64,000 nucleotides of DNA from an uncultured delta proteobacterium (GCA_963761335.1 CAVXGR010000011.1:448001-512000), one strand, 5' to 3'. Positions 8,652 through 20,114 are shown, numbered from the stretch's first letter. Program-made: numbers and translations. Notes: a model not told the origin generated them from the sequence alone.

Positions 8652-9740
8652 CTAGCAGAACTGCGCGACCTCGACATCCTCGCCGCTGCGCGCCGAGTGG
8701 TAGATGGCCTCGACCAGACGTTGGGCCTCGACGCCGGCGCGCAGGTCGGGGGCCGGGGGACGGTCCTCGAGCAGAGCCTCCACGAACGACAGATCCTGGA
8801 GCATGTAACCGACGGCGAACCAGTTCGACAGCGGGTGGTCGCCGCGGCCGAGGGTGGCGACGAAGTGGCGCACCACCTCGTCCGCGGTCACCAACTCCTC
8901 CTCGCCGGCGCCGACCTGGCGCAGCACCGGGCCCACCATGTCGTGATCGCTGGCGACGAAGCCGTTCTCGCAGAACACCTCGAGCCGTCGGTTCGACGGC
9001 CGCGAGACGATGTTGTGCCACAAGTTCATCAGCTGCGCCCGCAGGCCGGAGGCGAACTCGATCTCCACCGCCATGTAATCCTCGACGCCGGGGTGGCCGG
9101 CGCGGTTCTGCTCCCAGGCGCGCAGGCGGGCAATCGGCCCAAACATCCAGGTCATCAGGTCGATATCGTGCACACCGTGCTCGATCATCGTGCCGCCGGC
9201 GGTGAGCGAGCGATCGGCGCGCCAGGTGCTGTTGTGGACGCCGCGAATCGGGAAGCACTGGTCGTCGCGGAAGACCACCGCCATCGGCGTCCCCATCTCC
9301 GGGCGGCGGATGAGGTGGTCCATGTGCGTGTACACGGCCGAATACCGCAGCACCAGGCCGATCTGCGTGTGAATACCGGCGGCGCTCACCTGCGCGGCCA
9401 TGCGCCGCGCCTCGGCGAGCGACATGGCCAGGGGCTTCTCGCAGAAGAGGTGCAGCCCCCGCGCCGCCGCCTTCTCCACCAGTGCCGCGTGATGGCGCGT
9501 CGGCGTGCACACGAAGAGTGTGTTGATGTCCGCCTCGCGCAGCAGCGAGTCGTCGTCGGCAAAGGTGCGCGCGTAGCGGAAGTGCTCGGCGAAGCGCCGC
9601 CGCGCCTCCGGGTCCGGATCGGCAACCGCCTCGAGCCGCACCCGCTCCTCGCCGAGCGCATCGGCGATCTGCCGCAGCATGATCGAGTGCGTGCCGCCGA
9701 TGAACCCCGCTCCCACGAGGCCGATGCGGAGCTGTTGCAT
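8652..9740 (-). CDS. Gfo/Idh/MocA-family oxidoreductase
   Basis: IGLVGAGFIG Rossmann motif, CEKPLA, HGVHDID. Confidence 0.9.
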   Translation of the reverse strand: MQQLRIGLVGAGFIGGTHSIMLRQIADALGEERVRLEAVADPDPEARRRFAEHFRYARTFADDDSLLREADINTLFVCTPTRHHAALVEKAAARGLHLFCEKPLAMSLAEARRMAAQVSAAGIHTQIGLVLRYSAVYTHMDHLIRRPEMGTPMAVVFRDDQCFPIRGVHNSTWRADRSLTAGGTMIEHGVHDIDLMTWMFGPIARLRAWEQNRAGHPGVEDYMAVEIEFASGLRAQLMNLWHNIVSRPSNRRLEVFCENGFVASDHDMVGPVLRQVGAGEEELVTADEVVRHFVATLGRGDHPLSNWFAVGYMLQDLSFVEALLEDRPPAPDLRAGVEAQRLVEAIYHSARSGEDVEVAQFC

Positions 9741-9777
9741 GCCGCGGTGGTTAACATAGGACGCGGCGCCGGGGGAA

Positions 9778-9945
9778 GAGTGTTGAGGTGTTGAGGTGTT
9801 GGGTGTTGAGGACCTTTGCCCAACGGGATGCCCGTTAGCTGCGGGCGGGTTGTTGGCTGCTACGTTGTTAGGTTGTTAGGTTGTTAGGTTGTTAGGTCAA
9901 TCACCCCTTCTTACCAACAACCAACAACGCAACAACCTAACAACC
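9778..9945. repeat. Octamer tandem tracts (GTGTTGAG; GTTGTTAG x4) with inverted AACAACC tract
   Basis: gttgttag x4 at 9864-9895; ccaacaaccaacaacgcaacaacctaacaacc at ~9914-9945. Confidence 0.75.
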
Positions 9946-10038
9946 TTCGGCGGCGGCCCCGTGGGCTCGATTCGTTGGGCAAAGCCTGTTGAGGTGTTGG
10001 GCGGTCGCTTTTCGCTCGGGCCGCTGCGGGCGAGGGTG

Positions 10039-10090
10039 CCCTCTCCCGCATTGCCCGCGGGAGAGGGGCAGGGGTGAGGGCGCCGATCTC
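10039..10090 (+). repeat. REP-like family C arm (CCCTCTCCC...GGGAGAGGG-GGGTGAGGG)
   Basis: Inverted partner at 11465-11516; same family at 14700, 20115, 42651. Confidence 0.75.
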
Positions 10091-10182
10091 TTTGATGATT
10101 GTCAGGGTCAACCCGCGCCGCGACGACCGCCTTGTCTGGATCGGGGCTGGCACAGTATTGCCGGAACGACTAGGGTCTGGCT

Positions 10183-11563
10183 GTGCTTCGAGTTTCAGGA
10201 CTGGGGACCGCTTTGTGGCTTTGTATCGCCACATCTGGGTTGTGCGCGACCTATCCTGCAGGGAGCGTCGTCGGTTTCAACGCGGACGGCGGCGCCTACG
10301 GTGTATTTCACGACGGGTCGCTGATCGAATCCGGAGAGCTCGACGATTTCCCGTATTCTTCCTTTCCTGCGGGAGTGGCATCCACGCCCGCAGGCGACTT
10401 TATCGAAGCCTTCTGGTTCGACGGGAAGGCTGAGTCCCAATCCGGCCTGGAAATCCGAAGGGCCGATCGCACTTCCGAGAGACTGATCTTCGATAACCGC
10501 CAATTTTTCGGGCTAGCACTTGGTCCGAATGGTCAGCTCTGGGTCTCGGACGAGTTCGCGTCTGAGCTGATCCGAATCGACATTGCGTCCGGTGAGATCG
10601 CCGACGTCATTCAGGTGACACGAAGCGAGCTTTTGGAGGATATTGATTCGGCGGGTTACTTCTATCTACTGACCGTTGTTCCCGAACCAGAGTATACTCA
10701 TTCGGATCAGAACACCGGCTGGCCGATACGTGCGCGATATTGACGTTCACACGGACGTCCATGCGGTGCGCGTTCATCAAGACGGAACTCTGGTGGCATG
10801 GACCCGGAACGGCATTGCGAGACTGGACCCGGCAGGTCCGATACTGAGCACCCCGAAGACAATACCGGGGACGGCATCAACGGGATTTGCTCTTTCCGAC
10901 ACAAACAGTGCGTGGTTTGGTGGAATGCAATCCGTTGATCCCACCATCCTGGAAAGCAGTCTTGACGGCGAAGTGCTGGACGAATTCGAGGTTCCCCGCG
11001 ACATCGCACTGCATGGCGCGGCCGTGTCCTACCTGGCCGTGATCCCGCCGGCGCCGCGCGGGTCGGTCTGCAACCCGACCACCTGCCCACCGGCAACACC
11101 GTCGCCGACGAGCTCTCCTACGGCGACCAATAGTCCGACTGCAACCGGCACCGCCTCTCCGTCCTCGACAGCCACGGCGACGCCGGCGACTGCCATGCCG
11201 GACTCGAGCACGACTCCGGCCTTCACCGCGACAACTGAATCGCTGGCCAGCGCGACTGCTTCCGGCTCAGGGACAGCCGCAGATGGCTGCCAGATCAGTG
11301 CGCCAAAGGCGTCAGGCTCTTCTCCGGGGGCCAACATGGTGTTCCTCTGCGCCGTCTTTCTGCTCGTCTTGCGCAAGGCCAGATCCGGTCACCGTGGGAC
11401 GACTCGCGAGCCCGCAGTTGCCGATCTACCCTCTATCATGTCACCCCTGTGCCCGGTCTGGACCGAGATCGGAACCCTCACCCTGGCCCTCTTCCCGCCC
11501 GCAATGCGGGAGAGGGAAGCCGCGCTCGCAACAGCGGGAGAGGCCCCCAAGTCGAACAACTAA
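10183..11563 (+). pseudogene. Lower-GC secreted beta-propeller-like protein with Pro/Thr linker and C-terminal anchor-like segment, split by a frameshift near 10680-10700
   Basis: Overlapping ORFs 10183-10743 and 10676-11563; GLALGPNGQLWVSD and VRVHQDGTLVAW blade-like repeats; PATPSPTSSPTAT; DGCQI...VFLCAVFLLVLRKAR. Confidence 0.55.
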
Positions 11564-11583
11564 CAACCCAACAACCAACAACC
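11465..11583 (-). repeat. REP-like family C arm plus AACAAC tract
   Basis: GAGATCGGAACCCTCACCCTGGCCCTCTTCCCG...CGGGAGAGGG; inverse of 10039-10090. Confidence 0.7.
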
Positions 11584-11590
11584 TTCTTCT

Positions 11591-12808
<1,218 letters not shown>

Positions 12809-12844
12809 TGTCGTCCTCCGTTCGTGTCTCGCGGGGTGCCGGCG

Positions 12845-13948
12845 TCAGACGATCGCCAGGCCTTCGAAGGTGGCAAAGCCGCGGCCGTTGCGCAGCCACA
12901 GCTCCACCGGATGCTCGCGGATGTAGCCGTGGCCGCCGAGTACCTGGACGGCGTTGTCGGTCACCTTGAGAACCATGTTGGCGGCGTACTGCTTGGCGAG
13001 CACGGCTTCGCGGGTGGCATCCTCGCCGCGGTCCATCTTCCAGGCGGCCTCCCAGGTCAGCAGGCGCGTGGCGTCGATCTCGGTGGCCATCTCCGCCAGC
13101 ATGAAGGCGATCGCCTGCTTCTGGCCGATGGCCACGCCGAAGGCGCGGCGCTCCTTGGCGTAGTCGCGGGCGTACTCGAAGGCGGCGCGGGCGACGCCCA
13201 CGGCGAGCGCGGCGAGGGCAACGCGCGCGGCGTTGAGCAGGCGGGCGTAGTCGATGCCCTGGTCGCCGCCGAGGCGCTGTGCCGCGGGGACGCGGCAGCC
13301 CTGCAGGCTCACCTCGTAGGTGTGCAGCGCCTGGATTCCCATGTTCTTCTCCACCTCGCCCACCGCCAGCCCCGGCGTGTCGCGCGGCACCAGGAAGGCG
13401 TCGACGGCGTCGCGGGCCTCGCCGGTCTGCGCGTACACCAGGATATGATCGGAGTCGGCGGCCAGCGGCACGTAGCACTTGGTGCCGTCGAGCACGTAGC
13501 TCCCGCCGTCTCGCCGCGCTCGCGTCGCCAGCTCGCCGGTGTCGAAGCCAAAGCGCGGCTCCATCAGCGCCGCCGCGCCGCCGCGGAACTCGGCGCCGGC
13601 GAAGGCGGGGAGAATCTGCTTCCTCTGCTCCTCGGTGCCCATCTCGATGACGGGGTAGACGAGCAGGCGGGGCGCCAGCAGATGCATGGCGATCGACAGG
13701 TCTCCCCAGGCGAGCTCCTCGGCGATCAGGGCCCCGGTCACCAGCGAGCGCCTGTCGCCGGCGCCGCCGTAGGCCTCGGGGATGGCACTCTGCACCAGGC
13801 CCAGCTCCCACCCCTGCTGCGCGATGCCGGCGGGTACCTCGTTGGATTCGTCGGCGTCGTGCCCGAGCGGGCGCACCTGCTCTTGGGCGAAGCTGGCGAC
13901 GGTATCGCGAATGAGCTGCTGATCCTCATCGGGTTGGAAACTGACCAT
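12845..13948 (-). CDS. Acyl-CoA dehydrogenase (FadE24-like partner subunit)
   Basis: EELAWGD, LDGTKCYV, AVQVLGGHGYIREHPVELWLR, short C-terminus; AGGAGG upstream of ATG 13948. Confidence 0.9.
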   Translation of the reverse strand: MVSFQPDEDQQLIRDTVASFAQEQVRPLGHDADESNEVPAGIAQQGWELGLVQSAIPEAYGGAGDRRSLVTGALIAEELAWGDLSIAMHLLAPRLLVYPVIEMGTEEQRKQILPAFAGAEFRGGAAALMEPRFGFDTGELATRARRDGGSYVLDGTKCYVPLAADSDHILVYAQTGEARDAVDAFLVPRDTPGLAVGEVEKNMGIQALHTYEVSLQGCRVPAAQRLGGDQGIDYARLLNAARVALAALAVGVARAAFEYARDYAKERRAFGVAIGQKQAIAFMLAEMATEIDATRLLTWEAAWKMDRGEDATREAVLAKQYAANMVLKVTDNAVQVLGGHGYIREHPVELWLRNGRGFATFEGLAIV

Positions 13949-14609
13949 GGCTTCTCCTCCTGACCGGGGCTCGGCGGGACGCCAGGGACGCACCCTTGGC
14001 GGCGGCCGCCGACAGCCAGTCGATGTAGTGATGAACGAAAGCTCCCAGGGAGGCGGCGAGATCGACTCGCTGCGGATCCTGGTAATACTGAATCTCCGCT
14101 CCCATTACCGCCGCCGCGTAGACGTAGGCGGCCGCGTCCGCATCGGCGTCGGCGCGGAACACGCCGGCGCGCTGGCCGTCGCCGATGATGGAGGCGAGAA
14201 AGGCGCGGAAGCGCTCCATCATCTCGCGAAACTGCCGCGCGATGCGGGCGTTGGTGTCGAGGGTCTCGACCATGAGGGTGACGATGAAGCGGCGGTGATT
14301 GCTCTTGGTGGCATGCTCCACGCACGCATCGGTGACCCGCCGCAGCCGCGCCGGGGCATCGGCGCATTGCGCGACTTCGGCGGCGACGCGGCGCTCGAAC
14401 TGACCGACCCGGGTGCGCACCGCCTGGAAGAGCAGCTCCTCCTTGTCGCGGAAATGGTAGTAGAGCGCCCCCTTGGTAACGCCACCGGCCTTGGCGATGC
14501 GGTCGATCGACGTCGCCTGGTATCCGTAGCGCGCGAAGCAGTCGATGGCGGCGTCCATCAGGTCGCGCCGCGACTGATCTCCGCGCACAGCCTTGGGAGC
14601 CTCGGCCAT
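13926..14609 (-). CDS. TetR/AcrR-family transcriptional regulator
   Basis: FARYGYQATSIDRIAKAGGVTKGALYYHFRDKEEL HTH. Confidence 0.92.
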   Translation of the reverse strand: MAEAPKAVRGDQSRRDLMDAAIDCFARYGYQATSIDRIAKAGGVTKGALYYHFRDKEELLFQAVRTRVGQFERRVAAEVAQCADAPARLRRVTDACVEHATKSNHRRFIVTLMVETLDTNARIARQFREMMERFRAFLASIIGDGQRAGVFRADADADAAAYVYAAAVMGAEIQYYQDPQRVDLAASLGAFVHHYIDWLSAAAAKGASLASRRAPVRRRSHGQFPTR

Positions 14610-14648
14610 ACTGAACGTTTAGTATGCTGGATTGATGCGGTGTGTCAA
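14607..14648 (-). promoter_or_regulatory. tetR promoter and palindromic operator overlapping start codon
   Basis: CATACTGAACGTTTAGTATG (14607-14626) near-perfect palindrome; minus-strand TTGACA at 14648-14643 and CATACT at 14626-14621. Confidence 0.7.
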
Positions 14649-14699
14649 GAGACGTTCGGTCCGGTAGTGCCTCAATTCATTTCGGGCCGTTTGATGTCG

Positions 14700-14841
14700 C
14701 CCTCTCCCGCATTGCCTGCGGGGGAGGGGCAGGGGTGAGGGTGCCGATCTTCTTTGAAGGTGCGCGGAACGACGAGCTTTCAGTGAACAGAAGAGGGACC
14801 CCTCACCTGACCTCTCCCCGCGGAGAAATGCGGGGAGAGGG
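14700..14841. repeat. REP-like family C inverted doublet
   Basis: CCTCTCCCGCATTG..GGGTGAGGG / CCCCTCACC..CCTCTCCCCGC..GCGGGGAGAGGG. Confidence 0.75.
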
Positions 14842-15108
14842 ACCTGGTGCCTGTGCGTCGGAACAAAACTGACGCACTACCCTCGGACCCGGTATCTCGG
14901 TGGCTCGGTATCTCGGTGGCTTGGTTTATCGGGTTGGCGGGTTGGTGGGAGCACTCAGCGTCAAAAGCATGGTCAGGCGCCGCGAGAAACGTCCGAATGT
15001 GGACATGATCAGATGCTGTGCGAATCTCGAAGGGCTCGGGATGAAACGAGTTTTTTCGGGCCCTTCGCCGCGTTTTGCTGGCACCCCGGTTGCAGCCGAC
15101 AAGGGGTC

Positions 15109-15687
15109 GTGCGCGCCCGCATCACCGATATCGCCATCGCCCTGGCGGCGCTCTTGATCGTCGCCGTGATCAGCCCGCCGGCGTGGACGGACCAGGCTCA
15201 GGTCCCCGCAGCAACGCAGCAGTCGACGGAGCTGGAGCCGCTGTGCGCCGTCGCGGCGGCGCCGCTGGAGGCGCTGCCAGCGAGGCCGGCGCCGGAAACG
15301 GCGCTGATCGACGAGATCAACCACGTGCGCATCCTGGCCGGGCTCTCGCCGCTCGCCTACGCTGGCGACGAGGTTCGCGACATCGCCCGCCGTCACAGTG
15401 AGCACATGCTCGCCGGCGGCGAGCTGGTCCACGCCGACGATCTGGGAGGGAGCCCGGGGGCGCGTCTCGATCGCGCCGGCGTCTCGTGGCGCAAGGTCGG
15501 CGAGAACCTCCTCGAGGACATCGGCGCCCCGGCGCCGGCGACGGCGGCGACCCACGCCGTCGACGCCTGGATCCAGAGCCCGGCGCACCGCGCCAACCTC
15601 CTCGACGGCGGCTACACCGCGACCGCCATCGGCATGGCCTCCGATTCCCGCCGGACCTACCTGACGCAGATCTTCCTGGCGCCGTAG
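15109..15687 (+). CDS. CAP/SCP-domain secreted protein
   Basis: Signal-like N-terminus; INHVR, ARRHSEHM, GENL, WIQSPAHRANLL motifs; start inferred. Confidence 0.85.
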   Translation: MRARITDIAIALAALLIVAVISPPAWTDQAQVPAATQQSTELEPLCAVAAAPLEALPARPAPETALIDEINHVRILAGLSPLAYAGDEVRDIARRHSEHMLAGGELVHADDLGGSPGARLDRAGVSWRKVGENLLEDIGAPAPATAATHAVDAWIQSPAHRANLLDGGYTATAIGMASDSRRTYLTQIFLAP

Positions 15688-15697
15688 GCGGCGGAAT

Positions 15698-17236
15698 CTA
15701 GCCCGCCGTCGGGCGGATCACCACGCTGCGGAACGGGTCGCGGCCGACGCTCTCCGAAGCCAGACCGTACGCCTGTGCCAGCTCGTGCTGCAGGCGCCGC
15801 GCATAGGAGTTCTGCGGTCTCAGGGTGATCGGCTTGCGCTGCGCGATCACCTCGGTGATGGCCTCCTCGGCATCGCGCAGGGCGCGTTCCTGCTCGGCGT
15901 CCACCCCGGGGGGCAGCTCGAAGAGCTCGCGCAGGAACTCGGTGATCTTCGCCTGGGTGTTGCCGTTGATGGTGTACAGCCGGGCGCGCTCCGAGACCAG
16001 CTCGCGCAGCTTCTTGGGGCGTTTCTTCGCCAGCGAACGCAGGGTCACCACGGCGTTGGCGCCGCGCGGGTGGCTGCAGACGCTGGCATCGACACCCAGG
16101 TCGCGGATGGCGCGCTCGAGGCGATCGCGGCTGACGGCGAAGGGGTAGATGCGCAGGGCGCGGCGATCGCCGCGGCTGGCGGCCTCCGCCGCCGGGGCCT
16201 CCGCCATCGCCGGTGCCGGCTCGACGTCGATGCCACCGTCGTCGCGGCGGATGCGAATCTCCGGCCTTGCGGTCTGCCCGCGCAGCAGGGCATCGACCAC
16301 CTGGGCCACGTCCCAGTGAATGGCGAAGCGGGTCTGATCGTGGATCTCGATGAGCACGTCGAAGGTCGGCGGCGCCTTGCGCTCGAGAACCGTCTTCTGG
16401 GTGCGCCGCCGGCGCGCCTCGTCATCGCCGAGGGTGACCGGCTGGATGCCGCCGACCAGGTCGGCGAGCGTCGGGTTGGCGATCAGGTTGTCGAGAGCCG
16501 TACCGTGCGCCGTGGCAATCAGCTGCACGCCGCGCTCGGCGATGGTGCGCGCCGCCAGCGCCTCGGCCTCGGTGCCGATCTCGTCGATCACCACCACCTC
16601 CGGCATGTGGTTCTCGACCGCTTCGATCATCACCGCATGCTGGCGCTCCGGAGACGGCACCTGCATGCGTCGGGCGTGCCCGATGCCGGGGTGCGGAATG
16701 TCGCCGTCGCCGGCAATCTCGTTCGAGGTATCGACGATCACCACCCGCCGCGCCAGCTCGTCGGCGAGCACGCGGGCGGCTTCACGCAGGAGCGTCGTCT
16801 TGCCGACGCCGGGGCGGCCGAGCAGAAGCACGCTCTTCTCGGATTCGATGACGTCGCGGACGATTTCCACGGTGCCGTAGACGGCGCGGCCGACACGACA
16901 GGTGAGGCCGACGACGTGGCCGAGTCGGTTGCGGATGGCGGAGATTCGATGCAGCGTGCGTTCGATGCCGGCACGGTTGTCGCCGGTGAAGCTGCCGACG
17001 CGGGCGGTGACGAAGTCGAGATCCTCGCGGCTCACCGGGGCGCTGCCCAGCGAGATCGCCCGCGAGGGAAAGCGCGCCTCCGGCTCTCGCCCGAGGTCGA
17101 GCACGATCTCGAGCAATGACCCGAGGTCGTGCAGGCGCTCGACCTGTTCCCGCAGACGCGGGGGCATCACCCCCAGCAGCAGGTCGAGGTTGTCGGTAAT
17201 CTCGATTTCGCTCTCTTCTCTCGCCTGGAGGCTCAC
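15698..17236 (-). CDS. AAA ATPase (SpoIIIAA/Ycf45-like) with C-terminal R3H domain
   Basis: GRPGVGKTT, VVIVDTSNEIAGDGD, AVENHMPEVVVIDEIG, RRLQHELA. Confidence 0.9.
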   Translation of the reverse strand: MSLQAREESEIEITDNLDLLLGVMPPRLREQVERLHDLGSLLEIVLDLGREPEARFPSRAISLGSAPVSREDLDFVTARVGSFTGDNRAGIERTLHRISAIRNRLGHVVGLTCRVGRAVYGTVEIVRDVIESEKSVLLLGRPGVGKTTLLREAARVLADELARRVVIVDTSNEIAGDGDIPHPGIGHARRMQVPSPERQHAVMIEAVENHMPEVVVIDEIGTEAEALAARTIAERGVQLIATAHGTALDNLIANPTLADLVGGIQPVTLGDDEARRRRTQKTVLERKAPPTFDVLIEIHDQTRFAIHWDVAQVVDALLRGQTARPEIRIRRDDGGIDVEPAPAMAEAPAAEAASRGDRRALRIYPFAVSRDRLERAIRDLGVDASVCSHPRGANAVVTLRSLAKKRPKKLRELVSERARLYTINGNTQAKITEFLRELFELPPGVDAEQERALRDAEEAITEVIAQRKPITLRPQNSYARRLQHELAQAYGLASESVGRDPFRSVVIRPTAG

Positions 17237-17242
17237 CGGTAT

Positions 17243-17824
17243 CTACCTCAATTCCGCGCCGTCTGCGCCGCCCGCGGCATCCGTCCGCCGCGGCGCGGGT
17301 GCGCTGCGGCGCGGCTGGCGCGCGCGCTCGGCCGCAGCAACTCCGCCGATGGCATAGAACAGACTCGACTCGCGCTGGTAGAACCCATCGGTATGAAATG
17401 AGTCTGCCAGCTTCAGGTGGGCGTAGTCGAGATGGTGACAGATTTCGTGCAAGACGGTGCGCAGGAATGTCTTGAAGGCGACCACCTGGCCGCGCTTGGC
17501 GGTGATCATCCACACCTTGATGCTTCCCTGTCCTCCGCGCGACGGCGTGTAGAGACCGTGCAGCTCGCCGCGGGCGTTCGAGGGACGCGTCGTGCCCACC
17601 GAGATCTTCACGCGCGGCACCCCGAGGCCGCCGGTGATCTCGTCGGCGATGGCCTGCGAGACCTTCTCGACCTGAATGCGGCTGCCGCTCTGCAGCGTCG
17701 GGGCGAGCAGCGCCACCGCGTGCCGCAATCGAGGGCTCGCGGTGAGCAGGATGGAGGATGTGGCGTTGCTGCGGTCGTATATCTTCTGCTGCGTACGGTT
17801 CAGCCGATGGCGGAAGTTGGGCAC
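17243..17824 (-). CDS. Hypothetical HExxH zincin-like protein
   Basis: GELHGLY...TFLRTVLHEICHHLDY...SFHTDGF; GTG start with GGGGAGG RBS. Confidence 0.7.
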   Translation of the reverse strand: MPNFRHRLNRTQQKIYDRSNATSSILLTASPRLRHAVALLAPTLQSGSRIQVEKVSQAIADEITGGLGVPRVKISVGTTRPSNARGELHGLYTPSRGGQGSIKVWMITAKRGQVVAFKTFLRTVLHEICHHLDYAHLKLADSFHTDGFYQRESSLFYAIGGVAAAERARQPRRSAPAPRRTDAAGGADGAELR

Positions 17825-18076
17825 CGTTCTTCACCTCCCCGACCCGCAGCGCGAGTCTTCCCCTCGCCTCTCACCTGCACTGAACGGAGCCTGCCGGGCG
17901 CCGGCGCTCGGCAGCACCACTGACCGTCCTCACGGCCCATCACCTACTCCTTTCCATGGAGCGAGCGGCGCCGAATGTCAATGACTGAATGCGCGGCGGC
18001 ACGTTGAATGCGCGGCGGCACGTTGACTGCCCGGCAGCGCGGTGTTGTAGTCGCCACCACAGAGCGCGCCGAGACG

Positions 18077-19441
18077 ATGTCCGACTGGCTCCGCCAACTG
18101 CAGACCGCGATTCCGGCCGAGCGCGTTTCCACGCGCGCCTCCGATCTCGAGGCCGCGAGCCGCGACGAGTCGACCCTGCCACCGCAGCGTCCCGCCGCCG
18201 TCGCCTGGCCGCTGCACACCGGGGAGGTGGAGGCGGCGGTGCGCGCGGCGCGCCACCACGGCGTCGCGGTGACGGCGCGCGGCGCCGGCTCCAGCCTCGA
18301 GGGCAACTCCATTCCGCAGGAAGGTGGGCTCGTCCTCGATCTGACGCGCATGGACCGCGTCCTCGCCGTGGAGCCGGCCGACATGCTGGTGCGCGTGCAG
18401 CCAGGCGTCGTCTACGCGCGCCTCAACCGGGAGCTCGAGCCCACCGGTCTCTTCTTCCCCCCGCACCCGGGCGGCAGCGCCGAGGTGGCCACCGTCGGCG
18501 GCATGACGGCGACCAACGCCAGCGGCATCTACTCGGTGCGCTACGGAGGCACGCGCGACTACGTGCGCGCCGCCACCGTGGTCACCGGCACCGGCGCAGT
18601 GCTGCGCCTCGGCAGCGCCTGCCGCAAGATCTCGTCCGGCTACCATCTCATCGGCCTGATCGTCGGCGCCGAAGGCACTCTCGGGATCGCCACCGAGATC
18701 ACCCTGGCGCTGGCGCCGCTGCCAGTAGCGCGGCGGCGCTTCGCCTTGCGCTTCCCGCGCGAGGAGGACGCCGGGGCGGCGATCGCCGCGATGATGCGCT
18801 TCGGCGTGCCGCTGGCCGCCGTGGAATTTCTTGATCGTCGCTGCGTCGCCGCGGTGAACCGCTACCGCCGCAGCTCCGTACCCGAGGAGCCGCTGATCCT
18901 CCTCGAGGCGCACGGCAGCACCCGCGACCTCGACGACCAGGAGCAAGCCGCCACCGATCTCGCCGTCGAGCATCGCGGTACGCGCCTGGAGGCCGGCACC
19001 GGCGGCGACCCCTGGTCGCTGCGCGAGCACGTCACCCGCGCCATCCAGTCACTGCAGCCCGAGGCGCAGATGCTGCGCACCGACCTCGCCTTTCCGGTGT
19101 CGCGGCTCGCCGCCATCGTGTGCCGCAGCCACCAGCGCGCCGCTCAGCTCGGCGTGACGCTGCACACCTTCGGCCACGCCGGCCTGGGGATTCTGCACGC
19201 CCTCATCCTCGCCCGCCGCACCGAGGCGCGCGCCTGGGAGTGCGCCGCGACGCTCAAGGACGACCTGGTCGAGCTGGTCCTCGACGCCGGCGGCTCGGTC
19301 TCCGGCGAGCACGGGCTCGGCCTCGGCAACCGCAAGTACGCCCGCCGCGAGCACGGCGACGCCATCGACGTGATGCGGGCGGTGAAGGCGGTTTTCGACC
19401 CGGACGGTATTCTCAACCCGGGAAAGATCTGGGAGGCCTGA
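18077..19441 (+). CDS. FAD-linked oxidase (D-lactate dehydrogenase/GlcD-like)
   Basis: RGAGSSLEG, ATVGGMTATNASG, GAEGTLG, GSVSGEHGLG, FDPDGILNPGK. Confidence 0.9.
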   Translation: MSDWLRQLQTAIPAERVSTRASDLEAASRDESTLPPQRPAAVAWPLHTGEVEAAVRAARHHGVAVTARGAGSSLEGNSIPQEGGLVLDLTRMDRVLAVEPADMLVRVQPGVVYARLNRELEPTGLFFPPHPGGSAEVATVGGMTATNASGIYSVRYGGTRDYVRAATVVTGTGAVLRLGSACRKISSGYHLIGLIVGAEGTLGIATEITLALAPLPVARRRFALRFPREEDAGAAIAAMMRFGVPLAAVEFLDRRCVAAVNRYRRSSVPEEPLILLEAHGSTRDLDDQEQAATDLAVEHRGTRLEAGTGGDPWSLREHVTRAIQSLQPEAQMLRTDLAFPVSRLAAIVCRSHQRAAQLGVTLHTFGHAGLGILHALILARRTEARAWECAATLKDDLVELVLDAGGSVSGEHGLGLGNRKYARREHGDAIDVMRAVKAVFDPDGILNPGKIWEA

Positions 19442-19462
19442 GCCGCCTCCGCAAGCAGGCCG

Positions 19463-19861
19463 CTACGGAGGTGTCTGCCCGGCGCTGCCGCTCGGCGTCG
19501 GCGTCGCCACCGGGCCGGCGAGCGAGCTCCGCGACTTCGCCTGATTGAGCAGCGCCGTGCGCACCCGGTCGACCAGGCGCTGCTCCGACTGCACGTGCCG
19601 CTCGATGTCGCGAAACTCCTCCAGCGAAACGCCGCGCCCGGCGAGCACCTTGTCGAGAGTGAGGTCGTGGTCCGCCTGCATCTCGGTGTAGACCGAGATG
19701 AACAGGTTCAGCTGATCCTCCGAAACCTTGCTTTCGGCTCCTCCGTCCTCGACCTCTTGGGCCTCCGGAGAGGGCATATGATGCGGCCAGTGCGCCAGCT
19801 GAATGCCGCAGAGGACACCGACGGCAAGCCCCGCAATCAGAACCAGCTCCCAGCGCCTCAT
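19463..19861 (-). CDS. Hypothetical membrane-anchored helical protein
   Basis: N-terminal TM segment; VSEDQLNLFISVY...GVSLEEFRDI; start 19861 or 19873. Confidence 0.65.
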   Translation of the reverse strand: MRRWELVLIAGLAVGVLCGIQLAHWPHHMPSPEAQEVEDGGAESKVSEDQLNLFISVYTEMQADHDLTLDKVLAGRGVSLEEFRDIERHVQSEQRLVDRVRTALLNQAKSRSSLAGPVATPTPSGSAGQTPP

Positions 19862-20114
19862 GCGCGGCTCCATCGGCGGAGCAGGCAGCGGCGCTCCTCA
19901 GGGCAGTGGTGAGTCCGAGGTGGGGGTTTCATTCGCTCGCTGGACGGTGCGCGTCGGCCTGCATGCCTGCGTGTCATCCTGTCCCTCGCCTCAGAGCGAG
20001 TCAAGCCGGCTCCGCCGCCGTGCGGGCTCCGCCGCCGTGCGGGCTCCGCCGCCGGGTGGTCTAAATTGCCGATCCGACCTTCCTGTTGTGCTTCCCCGGC
20101 TCGGGGAAAGGTCT

